Shown: positions 11,679-25,959 of the stretch, in pieces
Numbering within the stretch: the first letter of the stretch is position 1
Layout of the letters: every line of letters begins with the position of its first letter
DNA from: Tubiluchus corallicola
Lineage: Eukaryota; Animalia; Priapulida
Direction of reading: 5' to 3'
Assembly (NCBI GenBank): GCA_030141605.1
Contig: JAQGDQ010000208.1
Span: 62,001-126,000 of the forward strand
DNA: 64,000 nt
Notes under the pieces: generated by a model
What the model saw: only the letters and a program-made list of their open reading frames with translations
Told to the model about the DNA's origin: nothing
Database searches by the model: none
Program-made: the position numbers and the translations under genes

Positions 11679-13702
11679 AGATTCAATCTAACTTTGGGCG
11701 ATTTCATTAGCCATGGTGATTTGGCTGTTTACCCGAGGCATTGAAGAAATGATGTAGGTCGTTGTGCTTTGTTAGGTCGTTGCTTTATTGTAACCCCCTT
11801 CTGTGAACTACAGCATTTGGAGTATTAGCAGCAACATTTTGTCACCACAGCCACACGGCCACTGGTAAATTTGTAATGGCGCAGTCAAGTCTCTTTCAAA
11901 AAATGCAGCGCAACGTCCCGCGTTTCGATGGACATGTGGACTTTGATTGAGCGACTGAAGTTTCGACTGTTTGGTGCCAGAAGAGAAAGTTCGACGACAT
12001 CAATGATCTTGTTTAGAAACACAGCTTCTAATACGAACATTTCTCATCAACTTTCTTAATTTTTCGCAAGTACCGACAGACACATAAAAACATAATTATA
12101 ATTGCTTTGTAACTATTCTTAAAGCAAAGCATTAAATATTAACTATAGAAAATTTGTTCCGCGTACATTGTGATGGGAGCATAATAGTCGTCTAGGGTTT
12201 CCGCGAAGAAAACACTGTAATGATTTTTGTCTTAATGCTTGATATACTGCCGAGCAAAACCAAGGCGGCAAGTAGTCGTTTGTGCGATATCACTTCATGC
12301 GTTTGATGTGACTCTAATTTGTAATCAGAAATGGATAGCAGGACTGCAGCGAAGCGACAGGATGATCCATTACATAGCTTAGTACATCATGGAACGGCAA
12401 CTGAACACTGTAACACGGTAGTTTAACTGAAAACTCAATTATTGTATTCAGTTGTTTGGTGACAAGTATTTCTCGTAGGAGTCACAAAAGAGCAAAAAGG
12501 CGCTTAGATAAGTCTAAAACACCTGGGACAGTTGCAGTAATTCAAAACTCAGTTATTTCACTTTTCTGTTATAAATTTGCAGCTGACACTATGCAGACGC
12601 GCACACCCTGACACGCACACATGCACGCAAGAAAGCATACAAAACTGCAAGCTCTCAAAGTAGAAATCAAGAGACTTAGTGAATATGCAGTATAGTAGCT
12701 GATTAGGAAAGCCACGATGATTTTTCAGCTATTTTCAGGGATATGACCAGCGACACTGATACCTGTTTTGTGGAATGAAGCCAGTAGACAGACTTGGGCG
12801 AAAATGAACGACATTACAGCCCACAACAAACATTACAGCGACATTACAACAAACCACAGCCCACAGGTGAACTTGCTGACTGAGAACGCTATGCATAATT
12901 AACCAGTCAAAACCTGAAATTTTTAGGTGTCTAAGAGGAAGTAGAAACCCACATCGATTAATACCACTACTTCTACTTCTACTACCACTACCACTACAAC
13001 TACAACAACTACTACTAGCCGCCGCCACCGCCACTATCGCCATCATCAAAATTTTGCCTTGATATAGCGATCACTCGATCATCATTTTACGCAACTATGA
13101 GTAATTATGCAATGTACTAAATGCAAGTTCAAAAATCCGTCGATATCTCTAGCCTAGTTATAAAGAATGTGATACGTTAATAAAGGACAAAAAGACAAAA
13201 TAGTGGTAAAAAAATAATAGAATCCTTGGGACAACACTGCCTCGTAACCCTTTATATCTTTGCATCTTACAGCAATGACTAAATGTGGACATTTAATTTA
13301 GTTAGTGCCGCGACTTGCAGACGATGCTTATAAATTCATACATGATGACTGTGTGGACTGACATAAATTAAGATAATATATTAAATTCTAACATAATAAA
13401 GATGATATAATAAATTATTATAATGGTTATGATTATGACAATTAGGAGACCCTGAGCTGATGCTGTGGATAGTATTGCAAAGATGGCGTTGCTGAAATGA
13501 TATAGACTGCAAAAAAAGACAGTGAGAAGGAAGTGGCAAGCAGAAAAGAAGGCAGCAGAAGGAAAGAAATGAAAATAAAAAACTACATTAATGATAACAA
13601 CGATTGTGACGACTATATTCTAGAAAGGACAACTATTTACTGGCTACATTATATACATATATATATATATATGCTAATTAACCGCTTTCATTACAACATA
13701 TG

Positions 13703-13900
13703 TACATACGTACATACATACATACATACATACATACATACATACATACATACATACATACATACATACATACATACATACATACATACATACATACATA
13801 CATACATACATACATACATACATACATACATACATACATACATACATACATACATACATACATACATACATACATACATACATACATACATACATACATA
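13703..13900. repeat. (TACA)n tetranucleotide microsatellite, ~48 units
   Basis: Direct observation; source of the MYVC/TYIH spurious ORFs. Confidence 0.99.
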
Positions 13901-15707
13901 CTTTTTGATGCGTGGCAATAAAAACAAAAGCATTTTATAGTAATCAGAAGTCAAGAAGAAAACGTTTAATAGATCGCACATCCATCACGGAAATGACAGA
14001 TGAAACCCAAGCAGAGTGTGTTTAATCACACAAACAGAATATATTACATTCTTTTTCGAAAATGAAATTAACTAGCGAAGTTGTTTTTAATAAATTACTA
14101 AAAAGCAATTATTATTGGAATTATTATATAAAACTATTTACAGTAAAACTGTTGAAAAAAATTTCTACGCAGAACGCTAAGGTAGTTAATGTCATAGAAA
14201 AAAATAATGGTGCACGTTACAAGCACTGATTAACATAATTATCACAATACACGAATAATAATGGCAGCATATCAGGAGCAGTTATAAGACGTAAGCACGA
14301 AATTCACACAATTACCCTTACCAGCCTATGATCTGAAAACTGCGTTCTTTATATCTACATGCAGAGTTATATTTACATAATAATAGAGTTTAAAAGGTTC
14401 CGTAACCTTATCGAAACGCCGCTACTATGTGCAGGTCATTTCAGACAATTTTACAGCATTTCGTGAGCGGAAACTTCGAGAAATTACGCGTTTGTTCCAT
14501 ATGCCCACCCGCAACAACGTACGCGGATGCGGAAGATAACACATTTAAAGGTGGGGAGGAACACACTTGGCTCATTACAAGTGTGATCAATTACGACTTT
14601 TTATTTTTTCTTTCTTTGTTTTATCTTGTTCTTTTTTCTTTCTCTTCTTGCTTTGATTTTCTTCCTTCTATCTTTTATTCGTTTATTTGTTTGTTCGTTC
14701 GTTCATGCATGCGTGTATTTATTTATTTATTCATTCATTCATTCGTTCATTCACATTTTCTTTCATTATTTCTTTCTCTCTCTCTTTCTTTTCTACCTTT
14801 CCGTGTTGTTTCTCGCAATTTTTGCAAAGTAAGAAGGGCCAAAGAAGAGGCTGTTATGTCCTACAACTTTGCACTTAGTGGATCCAAAAAGACTGTAGTT
14901 ACATGACAGCAAGTAAGCCTGTCAGAACTTTTATACTGCAACATGTTAAAGCTCAAGGATATAAATACTCTTAATAACAGTCACAAACGAGGATACACAT
15001 TATCCAAAGATACACGGAGTTCCCAGGAGCGTTAAGGAGAGATTACACAAGAAGGTGAAGCAGTGGAATCTGTAAGGTGATAATCTCGAGCGAACAAAGG
15101 AAAAAATGCCATCACGCGCTGCCATCTTAAACTTTTGATAATTTTAGCATTCACATCTATTCATTGTTAATTTCAGTGATATACACTTAACATTTTTCTT
15201 CTATATGTATATAAATATGTATAATATATATGTATAAATATCAGTGTGTGTGTGGAGTTTGAAAGCAACTTGCAAGTTAATTCTATTAACTTTGACTAAC
15301 TTTGATAATGCGAAAGGTTTGATTGATTCGACCTGCTGTTGAACCCTAAATGTTCCCAAATTCTTCGGGGGCAGAATGTTATGATGTTGAATATGTAACT
15401 AACAACAATATCAATTGGTTCCGGTACTTTGGTTTGGTGTTCTTTACGCAGGTTGCCTTAGCTTGTAATTGTCTTATTTGTCATTTGAATGGCGCTGTTC
15501 TTAAAATTAGAATAAAGCCACATTTCAAGTATTTACCGCCTTCCCGGCTCGTACGCCTAACTACGTACCAGCATCAGTAGCCCAAATGGAGCGAGTAACA
15601 GGTGAACAAACACGTATTATATTAACTGTAACGATCAACAGCCAAGGAGATTAACATCAGCTATTAAAGGAAAGGCCAAGCTGTCTAGGAGGTTAGGCTT
15701 ATTTCAA

Positions 15708-15908
15708 CACACACACACGCACACACACACGCACACGCACGCACGCACGCACGCGCGCGCACACACACACACACACACATATATATAGTTCGCGAAAAAT
15801 TTTAGGATTTTGTAATAAAACTGCAATAAGCGCCTCGTGTAATTAATAAAATCACTTTAAAGTCGCACACTCACGCACGCACGCATGCACGCGCGCACGC
15901 ACGCACGC

Positions 15909-15971
<63 letters not shown>

Positions 15972-16075
15972 GTTCGCGAAAAATTTAAGATTTTGTAATA
16001 AAACTGTAATAAGCGCCTCGTGTAATTAGTAAAATCACTTTAAAGTCGCGATCATTTCATGCATGGACGCTCCCA
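15708..16075 (+). repeat. Tandem duplication of a (CA/CG)n microsatellite plus ~85-bp core; a third partial core copy at 20895-20963
   Basis: Core atatatagttcgcgaaaaattt...aataagcgcctcgtgtaatt.gtaaaatcactttaaagtcgc at 15781-15866 and 15965-16049. Confidence 0.85.
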
Positions 16076-17359
16076 TTTTCAATGTTCATTCTTCTTCCAA
16101 TGACGTCATTCGTCTTGAAGAAATGTAGCACACTGTCAATCTTCATCAAAAGTATAAGTTTTTACAAAAAAATTAGATAGGTAATTTTCTAATATTTTTG
16201 CGTGAATATTAGGTAACCTGCAGAAGTTTGAATTAATTTAGTCAGCGCACGATTACGGCAAGCCACGACAAGCTTACGAAAAGTCACGAAGTCTCCCAGT
16301 TACGTCATGATTTTCAAGTGAATGGTGGCAACCACTATGCCTGAAAATTTCTGTTCAGAGTTAGTATATTTTAGATTTATGCTTTATAGGTAGTTCTCTG
16401 CAAATTTCTTTGTAGTATTTTTCTAAGTTTAAGTGATAACAGCTAAATAAACCCAACATACTGAGTGACTTATTTTTCCGTTACATTTTACTCCGTTTTC
16501 TTTAAGAAACATGGCTGCTCTTAGATACGTTATCCCTTCTTGTAATTCCGAGGTGTTGGGGCAATAGACAATCTTACGATATTCTGAAGAGCATCAACTG
16601 CAGCCCCTGGGTACATTTGGAGTGGTATTTACTTGGCATCTATCGATTACGTACTTTGCTTAACTTAGTTTGGCCATTTGTATTATGAAGCTTTACCAGC
16701 GTCAATGCAATAACATTGCCCCAGCGTCCGTTGCAACTTGGGCAAAACTCATACAGTAATGCAATCACTTTCAATGAACTCACACTCCAATTCTGCAGAG
16801 ACTCGAAGATAGCAACGTACAATTGGCGAGCTTTCCGCAAAAGCATGCATAATTTAGGAGAAGTATATAATTCTGAATGTTACTGCCATTATTTGCTGCT
16901 GTAACAATAGCATGGAAGGTAATAAATGACAAGAGTTTTTTTCCCAAATCACGCTGCTTGTTCAAGTAGCTGACTACAATGTAGGAAGGTAAATAATAAT
17001 AGCCACGTATTTTAATTATATTCATGTTTATGCCACTTAGCATTGATACTTATGCCTACTTAGCAAGTATACATGTAGTTATATTTGTAATAAATATAAG
17101 TTTTGTGATGTTCATAAAATCCAGAAACCCAAAACTAAAATAGCAAACATTAAAAACTTGTACTTAACAGTATTTCGCAAGCGATGGTTTTCGATATAAT
17201 GGAATTAAGTGCTTTAAATGTACAAAATTTTATATATATTCTCTGACAACAACCGTTCCTTACACAAAGGAAGTGCAGTATTTTCAAACAAAAAGCACAC
17301 CATGTATCGATTGCTCGGTACAATATCATTTATTCTGCGTCAATAATTTAAAATATCGC

Positions 17360-17590
17360 GCTTGTCTTTATTTGATTTGGGGATCTTAAATTCTCTTTCG
17401 CTATTCGACCAAGGGTATTAGCGCTCGTAAAACTGAGCCACGTCGTCTCCACGAAAATACATCTAGCAGCGAATGGCTATTCCGTGGAAGCCGAGTTGCC
17501 TTCAGAGGGATTAGCCCATTAACTGCCCGTGGAGTTCCTCAAGGCTCCATGTTATCGCCTTTCCCATTTAGTTTATAAATTAACAAGATT
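17360..17590 (+). mobile_element. Short decayed LINE RT fragment
   Basis: GVPQGSMLSPFPFSL*IN starting at 17531 (cf. GVPQGSxLxPxLFxxYIN). The upstream boundary is approximate. Confidence 0.55.
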
Positions 17591-20309
17591 TTAGTACCAG
17601 CTTGCAAAATGAGGATAGCTTTGTTTATAATTACGAAATGTTGTCATAACACACTAAACTGTAAAAGCGGGATATACTTGTGATTCCAAAGGGTTAAGGA
17701 ATGTACCCATTCGCCTGAAATATTCATCCATCCAATGGGTAGACAATTATTTCTCTGTGCTACAGTCATCATTCCTAAATCCGTGTAGGTTTTATTAGGA
17801 TCAGGAAAGCCAAAGAATCCGTATGGACTATGAATTCTCGTTAAGGATAGGCTCAGCAGAAAATAAGTAATGGAAAAGAATTTAATTTTATAATCTTTAT
17901 TATAAACTACTGTTACAAATTTATTCTTTAGCCTTTAGTTTGCATGTTTCAGATAACTGATGCTTTAGAAAAACGTGCACATGCATAATGATACACATTA
18001 TTGTGAAACAAAGTGCGTGTTCAGATTTTTTGAAGATAGTTAAAGTTGAGCGTACAATGAGCTATTTATCTTAGAAAATATTCCAAAAAATTGAACACTA
18101 AAATTGTGTTTCCTCTATGAAAAATTTACCTTATTGAATTCGAATAGGCCAGACGCAGCCATTTTAATGGTTGGTCGCTATTAAGGTAATTGAAACAAGT
18201 AGTAAACTTCATTTTATACTGCTGCACAAATTATAGCTTAGCTCTTGTTTACTTGTTTTTGAGCTAATGTTGCATGTTGGATCGTATTATCTCTGAAGTC
18301 ATGGTAGCCAGTTGACCGTTGGAGGGAATTATTCAATTACGTACTAAGTATCTTCTTTTCTGCCAACCCAAGCGTTTCAAAGAAATAAAAGTGCGCGTAC
18401 AAGTTTATTCAGTGCATTTTACAGATAATTCAAAATTCAACAAAATTTCCTCTTTAAATAAAGTGTTTACAAACTTGATATGACAAAGCACCTGACATCT
18501 GAACAATGCATTATTTGGCTTCGTTCTACGATTCAAATGTTACCTACTAAAGTGCGTATAACAGAACTCGAAATACAACTAATATTAAAAATTTATTTTC
18601 TTGTGCAAGAAGAATGCGTACACAACACAGCTGCAAAATTAATGTGTACTAGAACGTTTACGTTTTATTAGTTATAAATGTTTTACGCTGCGCTTAATTG
18701 TTGAAATTTTAAAATATTTTTTTAGAAAACAAAGCAACTCATTTACATTTTTGACTAACTACTTTATAGTTCTACTTTCTGCTTATTGCTATTGTTTGTT
18801 GCTATTATTTTGTAACTAACAAATATATTGTATTTCTTCTCACATGCTTCTTAAAATGAAAAAATGATAAAAATGATCGTCGACAAAAAAAAGTCGTGAT
18901 CTGATAGCTTGTCTAAAAGTTTCTTTTATTAAAAGAATATAGTAGAAGCTGTTTATTAGACTCACTATATTAGAAAATAATTATATATTTGTTCGATTGA
19001 TGTAACAAGTTCAGACTCAAATATTAGCACAACTGCACAAATTAGAATGTATTTTGCAATACATGTATGCGCATTTGTTACTTTAGTTACAACGTTTACT
19101 GGTACTTAACAGTTACTGATTAATAAATTATTAACTTGGCTGTTTGTCCAGGAAAGTATATGCTTGATAAAGTTTGGTGATCGAATTTACTTATGTGTTC
19201 TTAGTTGTTTAAGCGTATGTCTGTTATCCTCACACTTCAATTTTTTTCGTTTTCCTCTGATGATAAATCATGCAGGAATTTTACTACTCCTGAATATTTA
19301 CTATCACTACCGAATATTTATAAGTCGTGTGGTGCACGTGTAGTAAATCATTTTACACGATAATAGTGTACCAGCAAAAGCAAAGTACTGCAACTACCGC
19401 TGAGTTTTTACTATGGTCTGAGACAGTTGCAATTGTACCATGTACTGATGCCTCTACCAGTCATCTCTGCCATGATATCCATTTACTCAAGCGAAGCTGT
19501 AGATTATTGATTCCCATCAAACGTTCCAGACTGCCAAGAAGTATTGTCAAAGCAAACACTTTTATATTAACAGTGTCCTAAGTTTGCATTTGTAGTTCAT
19601 CACACGACCTGGCTTTGGCCAGTGCACACAGAGCAAGCTAGTTCCTTGTTATCATAAAATCCAGAACGTTTGTTAAAACTAGGAATCCTTATTTGTTTAC
19701 CTTTGATTATCTATTAAGGTGCAACATGTAAAAAGTAGCCAGTAATAAAGAAAAACAGTCATGAACTGCAAAATAATCCCATTGTAGCGATACAGAAGTA
19801 ACAATGCAAATTTTTGGCCAAAAGTGAAGAACCCTGACTGAGTAATAAATAAAAATTTGTGAATAATGAGGAATAATCGTGTAGTAGAGTAGTATCAAAC
19901 AACAATGGTGAATGTATAAGATATTAAAGTATGTGTTGCCAACGGTCAAGGTCATCTGCTTTCAAAAGTGTTTGCATAATCTAAGCTAACAAAATTTTAT
20001 TACGCCAAATAAATACCAAGATAAATTGGCAGTGTATAGCAACTCTGAATGTATTCACCAATTTATTAATAATAGTATTAATTATTAATTCATTCATTAA
20101 TTATTCTAAAAAACATTTTAGCTACATCGCTTATTTGAATACAGATAGAAAATTTGTAACTAAAAACTTTATTTAGATTTTTCATCAATTGTTGCTAAAA
20201 TTCAGGTTATTAATCAATTACGAACTTATTTAGAGTTGCTTTATATTGTATTTTTTAAAGTTTTTGGACACTAGAATTTTTTTTACAAAGTGGCAGACAA
20301 GAAGAATAT

Positions 20310-20553
20310 TAAAATAAATAGCCAAAGATAAAGATAAGGATAAAATAAAAGTAAACGAAAAGGTAGAAATAAAGATAAAAGTAAAGTAATGGTAAACGTA
20401 AAGTAAAGGTAAAGAGATAGATATAAATACGAATATAAATATGAATAAAAATAAACTAGCACAAATACAAAACGGAAACGAATACGAAGACGAAGACGAA
20501 GATAAAGATAAAGGCAAAAGCAAAGACAAAGACAAAACTAAAGATAAAGATAA
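20310..20553 (+). repeat. Degenerate (AAAGAT/AAAGAC)n hexamer tract
   Basis: Recurring hexamers of the same style as 1850-2167; explains spurious ORFs 20230..20535 and 20456..20644. Confidence 0.75.
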
Positions 20554-20894
20554 ACTGTTTTGTTCTTGAAACCGTAATTCTTTGCCCTCGGATATTATTG
20601 CTTGCAGTTATGCCAGAAATAATACTATAAATGCGGACGACCATAGGTCGTGGTCAAGCTGTAGAAGTCACCCAAATGATCCAAATAATGTTAGCCAAAT
20701 AAAAATATGGCGCAACATAAGACTGTTACAAAATGTCACAAATGTCAGTATAAACCACAACGCTGCAAGACTTTCAAGTTCTACAACATTTGTTTTTAAG
20801 TAAAATGAATAATTTAAAGGAAAAGCTAAATCTCTCGGGAAGTTGAGCTTACTTTAATATAAGAGAAAAATGTTGAAAAGTTTTAGCAAAAAAT

Positions 20895-20963
20895 TGTGAT
20901 AAGCGCCTCGCGTAATTAGTAAAATCAGTTTAAAGTCACAATCATCTCAGGATTGGGGCGCTC
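20895..20963 (+). repeat. Dispersed copy of the 15.8-16.0 kb repeat core
   Basis: taagcgcctcgcgtaattagtaaaatcagtttaaagtcacaatcat vs taagcgcctcgtgtaattagtaaaatcactttaaagtcgcgatcat. Confidence 0.8.
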
Positions 20964-22120
20964 ATAAATGGCGTCACATCCGGTTACCGTGCATTATAAA
21001 CACTTATCCCGCTAGGTGCTTGAGCAATCTTTTTTGTAGGCGCAGTTACAGTTATCAACTATAAACAATCCAAAAAATCGAACTAGAGATTATTAATACT
21101 ATTTTTTATGAAGTTCGCTGCCCGCTATGTTATTAAAAACCGTTACTGATAGTAGCATAATTACCTGAAATTAATACAGACATAGTAACAGAATAATTAT
21201 TTTAACAAGCTAAAACCGAACTCTATAAACTACGTAACCCGCCCGGCACCTACTATATGCTCGCAGAATTTCATGCTTATCTGAAAGTCCTCAAATATAC
21301 CTGCAGCGAATTCGTTTGGTGGGAAATGAGAAATATTTACATTTCTTTTGCATTTTTAAGCAGGGCGTTTTGTGTGCGTATATTGTGTGGTAATTTCAAT
21401 ATTTTAATTGTATATTGAAACACCATGAATAGTTCGAGGGGTGTTTTTTCCTTTAACAAATGACAAAAGCATTCTTTTCATGTTACAAAATTGTTGAAGA
21501 TATGCAATCTAAAAGAGACGCATCTCGTATAAAATCTTATCAGTAAGTTCTTGCTTGTACGCCTTTCCGATTGTATGAGCCTGGAGATGATTTATTTCCT
21601 CAAAAAGGTAATGAGAGTGATTGCTAACATTTTCTTCGATGTTGCATTGATCAGGCATCGGAAGAGCAAAAAAGAACACAAAGAAGAAGAATCACACTAA
21701 TGAGTCCTAATGATAAAAAAGCTTTACATTGCTGCGTCTGTGAAAGTTTATTCAATATCCGCGCTAGGTATTTTAATGGCAGTCACGTTACAAGGCGCAG
21801 CACATTTCAGTAATCGGCTCTTCTCAGTTAAAATAAAAACGTTATCAGATATGAAAGACCTAGGTGTTGGTGTAAAGCTGCTAATGTGTAAAAGGAGGTG
21901 GAGCGTTTTAATGCTAAGACCGCTTTATTAAAAATTCAGTTTCTGAAACAAAATCCATTGGATTCGCTAAGCCAGCTTCTATTTATAAAATACGTTAACT
22001 TTTATGTGTGTGCATATAATACTTGCTTACAAGCTGCCTGTCATTAGTTGTTTCTGCATGACAATTATTGTTTTGCGATCATTAGCATAACATATAAAGA
22101 TGCAGCGTATATACGTGAAA

Positions 22121-22362
<242 letters not shown>

Positions 22363-24179
22363 TCGCTAATTTTTCATTGTTGCGTGCTTTTAACAATAAT
22401 ACTTAAGTGGGTAGTAAAGCATTCATCTATGAAGGAAACTTGTTGCGCAAACAATAGGCGTTGTACCGGATTAGCAGAACAAAACCCAGTCATGACATCA
22501 ATAGAGCCTTGCGAAATCATGCGTTAGTCCAGCAACAAATTTTGGAATTTCCCAAGCAAATTTTGCACGCCCAGTTTTTACTTATTATTGTCAACGGTAC
22601 ACAGCAGCGCTCGATTACTTTTTTCGTCGCAAACGCGTAAATTAAACTTCTTAGGTATTTTGATAATTCTTGTAGATATCAACATATTTTACTTTGCATC
22701 ATAGGTGAGCACGGAGCTGTCGTCAGAAAAAGTTGTCATGTTTTCTTTTGAGTATATGGAAAGCACGTACAAGTCTCACTGCTGACACCATGTTATAGCT
22801 ACATTGTAAAACTGTAAGTTGGGAAATAGAGCATAGACATTCCTCAGTTACTATGGTCAAGTGTGCTGCATATTCAACATGTTTGGATATCTCTACGTTA
22901 AAGGAAGCTGTTTTTGACACCTGCAAATGATTAATTTCCCACTTTGCATGTATGGAGAAAGATTAATAGCAACACAAAAATCTGTAAAAGGCAATACTGA
23001 GCACCAGACACAGCGCGTCAATAATGAAACATCTGCCGTTAAATTGTATATTATTCAAGTTTACTAAACCTTAGGTAACCTTCAGCGAATGGCTTCAGCC
23101 TTGCTTATACGCTACAGATCTCCGTAGACTAATAAAAGGTCAGAGAAGGAGCAAAATGCGTTATTGTAGAAAGCTCTCATGTTTCCTTAAATTCCCCGTA
23201 TAGTTTCTGTGTGACGTTGCGTTTACCCGAGAAGTGTGCCCGTTAATGACTTCGTAATTGCAAGGTTTTGTGCTGTTTCAATCAAAGGACAGCGACATTT
23301 AAAACTAATTCTCTTTCAAGAGGTACATAATTCAGTAAACTAACACTGTAAGCAGTCGTATTTTTCAAATATAGAATATAATTCTTGCTTAACTATGCGT
23401 GCTATCAACTATCAACCCACTGAACATTACTAATTGTAAAAAGTACATGATTTCAGCAATACCACAAGGCTAGTTTATTCAGTTATATTGAGACACTCCA
23501 TGCAGTTTATATAACCACATTCTGACACAAAAGTGATGCGTGTTATACTATAACGCTGGCATACAACCAATAGATAACTCATTCGCTATTACCAAACTTC
23601 GCGGCGTTAGTAATTTAACATTTGGTCGGCGTGAAGTCCTTTTATGGCACACCACGGCCGAATCGGCCAATTTGGCAAACTTCTTGTTCTTGTTTAATTG
23701 TTCGCGGCACAAATTTGTCATTAGCTATAATTTCCCAGTTGGTATACGCTCTGCTCGTTGCTGTTTCATAATATTTCACAAGGTGGCTAATATAAGTCAA
23801 TTAGTAGTACATCAAATAGGCTGCTGATTATTGTCTACCAAATTACGATTTATGATTCGATCTATGGAATCCCGCATGGGACATCGCAAAATTTTGCGAA
23901 ACTGTGAAATCGCACTCTCAGCTGTAATTAATAATTAATTTATTTTTCGCAGTGCATGCTGAATCACCATGCAAACTTTATTTTGTCCAGGGACAGTATT
24001 GTGACCCCCAAACATCACACAATTTACTATAATTTATGAAATTAGACGCTTGCTATAAAGTGCGATAGTAGGCCTCAAGTATTCAAATACCAGAAAAGCA
24101 GCTCGAAGCTGTTGAATGAAGAAGAGGCTGCTCATGGTGAAAAGATTTGACGATGTGAAAATGATTTGATGATTTGAAC

Positions 24180-24480
24180 ATTTATCACCATTTTCATCAT
24201 CATTACTGAAACAATCGTCACGCGACTATTATCACCATCATCGCAATATTAGTGAGTGTCACCATCATTGTGTCGTCATCATCACCATCGACAAGAACAA
24301 GAACAAGAGCAATAGCAACACAACAACGACGATGGTAGTGATGACGACACGAGGGAAATGATGAAATGATACTCAGTGGCGGCGGCAAGGACAACAACAG
24401 CAACAGCAACAACAACAACAACATCAGCAACAACGACAACGACGACGACGACGACAACAACAACAACAAACACAATAAAC
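24180..24480. repeat. Degenerate trinucleotide tract (CAT/CAA/GAC)
   Basis: caacaacagcaac..gacgacgacgac runs. Confidence 0.8.
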
Positions 24481-24799
24481 AAAATTTCATGAAAGCCTGT
24501 TTTCTACTGACTATTTTGTGGAAAGAAACTTAATATTCACTGGGCGTTTTCTCAAGCTTCTTAATTATTACTTTTGTAAAGGAAAGTGACCGCCGGTCAT
24601 TGTTAATCTGGCGTCAACTGGCTTCTATTGCTAATGGCTCGTGATGGCGGAATCGCTTGCTTTCTGTCTTGGCAGCAATGTCGGATTATTGAAAATGGAC
24701 CATACTTCAGTCGGAAATTACTGACAATTACCCGGTTACTGCAAGTGTCTGTTCTTGGCTGACTATACAACATCAGCTTAAAGGTTCCATAATGTGTTT

Positions 24800-24920
24800 T
24801 GTGTCACGTGATTGTGCCTCGGGCGTGTAAGCTGCTTCCGTAAATGCAACCGATTCCAATTACGCATGATATGCGCATGCGCCAAGTGCGCCGGGCGGGC
24901 AGCAGGACCAGAGGAAGAAA
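24800..24920 (+). promoter_or_regulatory. CpG-rich TATA-less promoter-like motif cluster
   Basis: E-box GTCACGTGAT (24803-24812), ETS-like GCTTCCGT (24834-24841), CCAAT (24856-24860), NRF1 TGCGCATGCGC (24872-24882) and GC box GGGCGGGC (24893-24900), all within 100 bp. Confidence 0.65.
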
Positions 24921-25243
24921 GAAACCCTTGACAAGCTGCCTTCTAGACGTTGTAGAGGAGGACAATTCGGCATTTTAAGGAAACAAGATATCAGGACAAG
25001 CCGGGAAATAAGCGGTAATCATGAAATTTGGTTAACTGCTGAAATATTTGGCTAAATTTGATGGTTAGCGCACGACTAGTTCTTTCTTTTGTTGTCCTGA
25101 TGTCACAAAACCGGTTTCGTCATCGATAGAAATGGATTGGGAAATTACCTTCAACACAAGCTGAGAGAAGATCAAATTACATCCAGCTAATGCAGGTTTC
25201 ATCATCACTAAACAGAATCACTGCCCACTCAGAAAAGTAACAG
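24900..25243 (+). other. Putative non-coding first exon (5' UTR or lncRNA/pri-miRNA host)
   Basis: Follows the promoter cluster and ends at a consensus donor CAG|GTAAGT (25244-25249). Every ATG-initiated ORF in it closes before the donor. The start coordinate is approximate. Confidence 0.45.
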
Positions 25244-25959
25244 GTAAGTAGTAATACTTTCATGTGAAACGTTAGTAGTTATTTGTCATGCAAAAGTGAC
25301 ACAATGATAACGATGCATGAACATTTGCAATTTTTACAGTCACACCCAAGTTCAATCTAAGCCAAACCTGTAATTGATCCTTACTGCTTTGAATCTGGAT
25401 TAGCTAAACATTGGCACCATAAACAATGAATTAATTTTAGCTGTTGTTAGTATTGTTGACGTTTGTGAAATCTGAAATTTTCAAATTTAAAAAATGCAGA
25501 AAAAACCGTCAGTATGCCATGGCTGCTAGCTGCTTGGTTTAAGTGGCCGACATTGTATAACTAATTTTCGTATTACGGACTGTATTTATTTGTATATAAT
25601 TTACCAACTATCAGTAATAGATATCAATTTCTAGCTGAACATTAAAACTGCAAGAAATGCAATAAGCGATATCACTGTATGAATCACTGATATTAACGTT
25701 TTTGTCGTTTCTTCCTAGTTTCATCCAAATTCACTTGATACTAGTGATTTTGGACGAGTGCTTCAAGATAGGTTTAAACTATTTTCTTCCACGAAGTTAG
25801 GGAAACCTATAGTCTTGCTTGTTTCCTAGATGTCTATTAAAAATCATATAAGCCTATAAAGCTGTGAACCGTCATTTACATACTGTAAGAATTAAGAAAT
25901 TATCTCTCAGTGAGCTGGTATCAACTGTAAGGCAGCCATTCCGATCTTCGGTTAATTCG

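Noticed and set aside
13533-13981. Several ORFs (MYVC/TYIH repeats); likewise poly-L/Y, RERE, IYIY and VCVC ORFs elsewhere
   Set aside because: Stop-free translations of microsatellites.
14958-15078. TATAAATA followed by a purine-rich stretch and a gtaagg donor
   Set aside because: Could be a promoter and first exon, but TATA-Inr spacing is short and no downstream exon was identified.
17686-17697. CCAAAGGGTTAA, a piggyBac-like terminus
   Set aside because: No matching opposite TIR found.
19420-19690. Faint LINE endonuclease-like translation (LDFMITRN) on the minus strand; similarly faint LINE-like traces at 18.2-18.4, 29.2-29.5, 29.9-30.2 and 33.2-33.9 kb
   Set aside because: Only one or two degenerate motifs each; a translated repeat search is needed.
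21852-21872. TGAAAGAC miR-71 seed; also reads MKDLGV
   Set aside because: No hairpin; more likely chance or a LINE remnant too weak to call.
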